Assembly: GCA_003971905.1 (NCBI GenBank)
Contig: RSEE01000067.1
Span: 62,001-126,000 of the forward strand
DNA: 64,000 nt
Direction of reading: 5' to 3'
Source: Moniliella sp. 'wahieum'
Lineage: Eukaryota
The notes beneath the pieces are model-generated. The model worked only from the letters and a program-made list of their open reading frames with translations, had not been told where the DNA came from and did no database searches. This document shows, one piece after another, positions 61,632 through 64,000 of the stretch (its first letter is position 1; each line of letters starts with the position of its first letter). The position numbers and the translations under genes were made by a program.

Positions 61632-64000
61632 GGTAGGTGGTACGCCAGATATGGTGGGGAAGAAACACAAATGCCCCTCCTTGGCGTTCTTGGATATATA
61701 TACAAGGGCCATTAGCGTAAAAGACCCTGGACCCAAAGTAGATGTCCGAACGGTGGCGCAGCGTATGCATGGTTTCCCACGAGGGAAGGTCCCCCCGCGC
61801 CAGGGCGGGTAAGAGAAACAAATGGCTTTTCCTTGTGGTATGTGGGCGGACGGCTGCACACCCCTTCACACATGCTCAGTGCTTACAGGCTGTAGAATAT
61901 ACCTGCACGGAAACAAGAACCATGGATTACATCATCCATCTCGCCACACATCACATGCATCACATGCATCGCCCCATGCATCATGCATCCCCAGCTGCAA
62001 TGTTCAAATCGCATATTCATCTAGGTGTCTTGCATTTACCCCAGTTTGTAGAAGCTCAGTGTGTTGAGCGAGGAGAATTGGCAAAACCCAGGGGCGCAAT
62101 AATAAGAAACAGGAGAAACGTCTTGGCCGGCAGGCACGCCCATCCGACGTTTGCCACAACTTGAGCCCATCTAATTAGAAGGCAAAAGCCATCGCCAGCA
62201 GGCCAGATAAGCGCAAGAAAAAAAACTCTATACTGCAACCATATCATTGACAGAGCTTAAGGCTGTGTGAGCCAAAGAAACGCTGCGCCTAAATCAACCC
62301 GTTCATCCTGCGTGTGCTCCTTGTTAGCGCCAGCCCCGGAACCAGGAGAATTGCCAGGAGGTAAGTAACCTCTGGTGCCCGCCATCCGTTTACCAGAGGA
62401 AGCATGTATGTGTGGGCACGGCTGAACGTGATAAAAACATCCGAGCGAGGGGCCATATCTCCGTTGAGAGTCAGTAGTCAACTCCTTCCAGTGCCCTAGC
62501 ATCTTGCCCGCTGTCTTGGTGTGCTGTAGTTTACTGGCATGTCAAAACCAGGGGGAAAAACGGCTCTTGATGGGTGCGTCCCTGGTACTTGGCGTTCTTG
62601 TCGCATTCTGCTTGCTCCAGCAGCCACAAGTAGCTCCTTCTCCGGCGTTCCAAAGGCGTCGCGGTGTGCTCTCATGTACCGCCTTACTACAACAGGACAT
62701 GGAGAGGAGGAAAGGATGAGGATCATATTCATCGAGTGGAAAGAAAGAGAGGTATATATGCCTCGGAGAAGAAGAGACATGCGAGCTGATAAGTCACACG
62801 GAGGGGAAGAGGGAACACAATCCAAAGGGAAAAAAAACAGGGTATAGAACAAATCAAGGGGGCCAGACAACTTGGTGACAAAACGAGATCTTATCCCGAC
62901 ACTTATGGTAGGCGATCGGCGCCTGCTGCGTTCCTGAGTCGCGCAGCGGGTGGTCCACCTCCATTCCTGTGGTCCTCCGATTGCTCTAGGCCCCATCACG
63001 CGGTAGCAAGTACGTATGCAAATACTATACGAATTCGTTTTTGTTTGCATCTCCGGCATGTCACAAACAAAATGGGGCAAACAAGTAATTGTAATAAGGG
63101 TCCGAAGCGACAATGCATGGTGAAGGACGAAAGAGTGAAGAGCAAACAAACTATAGTAGTACAGCGGTAGATTGCATGTTATACTGCGAGGTTAACGTTT
63201 AACCGGGGCTTTTATAATAGCTGTTGACCTTTTAATGTGTGATGTGGCTGCAGTCAACCGTAAGAGTTTGTTGGGGGGGGGTCTCTAACTCTATAAGAGA
63301 GTTACTAAGATTATGAGAGAGGATGTATGCGTTTTGTAAGCCTATGTGGGGATTAGTCGGAGAGTGGGTTCAAAGTCGTGAAGCTTGAAGTGCGGGTATA
63401 TGCGATGTTGCTAAAACCCTAACCCGAGTAGCCGAGAGCAAAAAATGTCCGGAATCGAGAGAGTTCGTCTTTCTTTAACCGGGGTATTGACAACCCCTTC
63501 ATAAGAGACGGCCATTGGGGGGTTGTTGGCCCAGCAGGCCACGGGAACGTAGGTGCTGAGATGATTCTGTGTGGGAGCATGCCTTAATAGTGGGCTAAAT
63601 ACGTATGGAACAAGGGGGGGGGGCAGAAAAGAAAAGGGGCAGGATGCTAATAACAGCTTCAGTCCTCAACAAGCCTTTGTGGGAAAACTACTAACATATG
63701 TTTCGTCTCTCCACACCCATAGTCATTGGATTAAAACCGTCTCGCCACAGCCGGTGTTGAATATTGCGCACGTACAGTTGCAAAAGAGAAAGCTGCAAGG
63801 CATGAGGTGAAAGCAGCGTTGTGCCGTAGTATCTGTGCCCGGAAATACCGTCCATCCGTTCAGAGAGCAAAAGGGGGGAAGAGCGAGCTTAGCGCTTAGG
63901 ATTGATGTTGCTGATGGTGACGGTAGGTGAAAAGGATGAGAGATATACTCCATAGATACATCTCGGGCCGTCTCGGCGACAGGCCTCCTCTGATATCATA

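Noticed and set aside
62100..64000. Lower-GC terminal region with AAACCCTAACCC (about 63414) and a repeated TTTAACCGGGG (about 63198, 63474)
   Set aside because: Isolated short matches; no convincing ORF, TE termini or telomere array

Overview
GC-rich, intron-poor fungal nuclear DNA, most consistent with a basidiomycete yeast. An Ustilaginomycotina-like origin is inferred from gene style and GT..GCTAAC..AG introns and is not confirmed. About 20 housekeeping genes are recognisable: FLC/TRP-like membrane protein, aldo-keto reductase, mitochondrial NAD+ carrier, GFA1, NOC3, SWA2/auxilin, RPS1, LYS1, NPR2, PHS1, ETF-alpha, hexose transporter, tricalbin, 3xKH RNA-binding protein, KRE6/SKN1, UGP1, a head-to-head RPL15/RPL5 pair, a GPI-type aspartic protease and a 4-TM protein. 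Most are broken by 1-2 nt deletions that look like long-read consensus errors, so their ends are approximate. Four non-genic signals stand out. (1) A window-wide grammar of intergenic 7-nt-period arrays, T-N-A plus a palindromic tetramer, where the tetramer changes from locus to locus; these sit mainly upstream of genes. (2) An 825-bp solo-LTR-like insertion and a 33-bp mini element, each with TG..CA ends and a 5-bp TSD. (3) The diverged host sequence of those insertions recurs, uninterrupted and inverted, 42 kb away. (4) An AACCCTA motif is shared by the ribosomal protein promoters, and there is an orphan tRNA 3' half.
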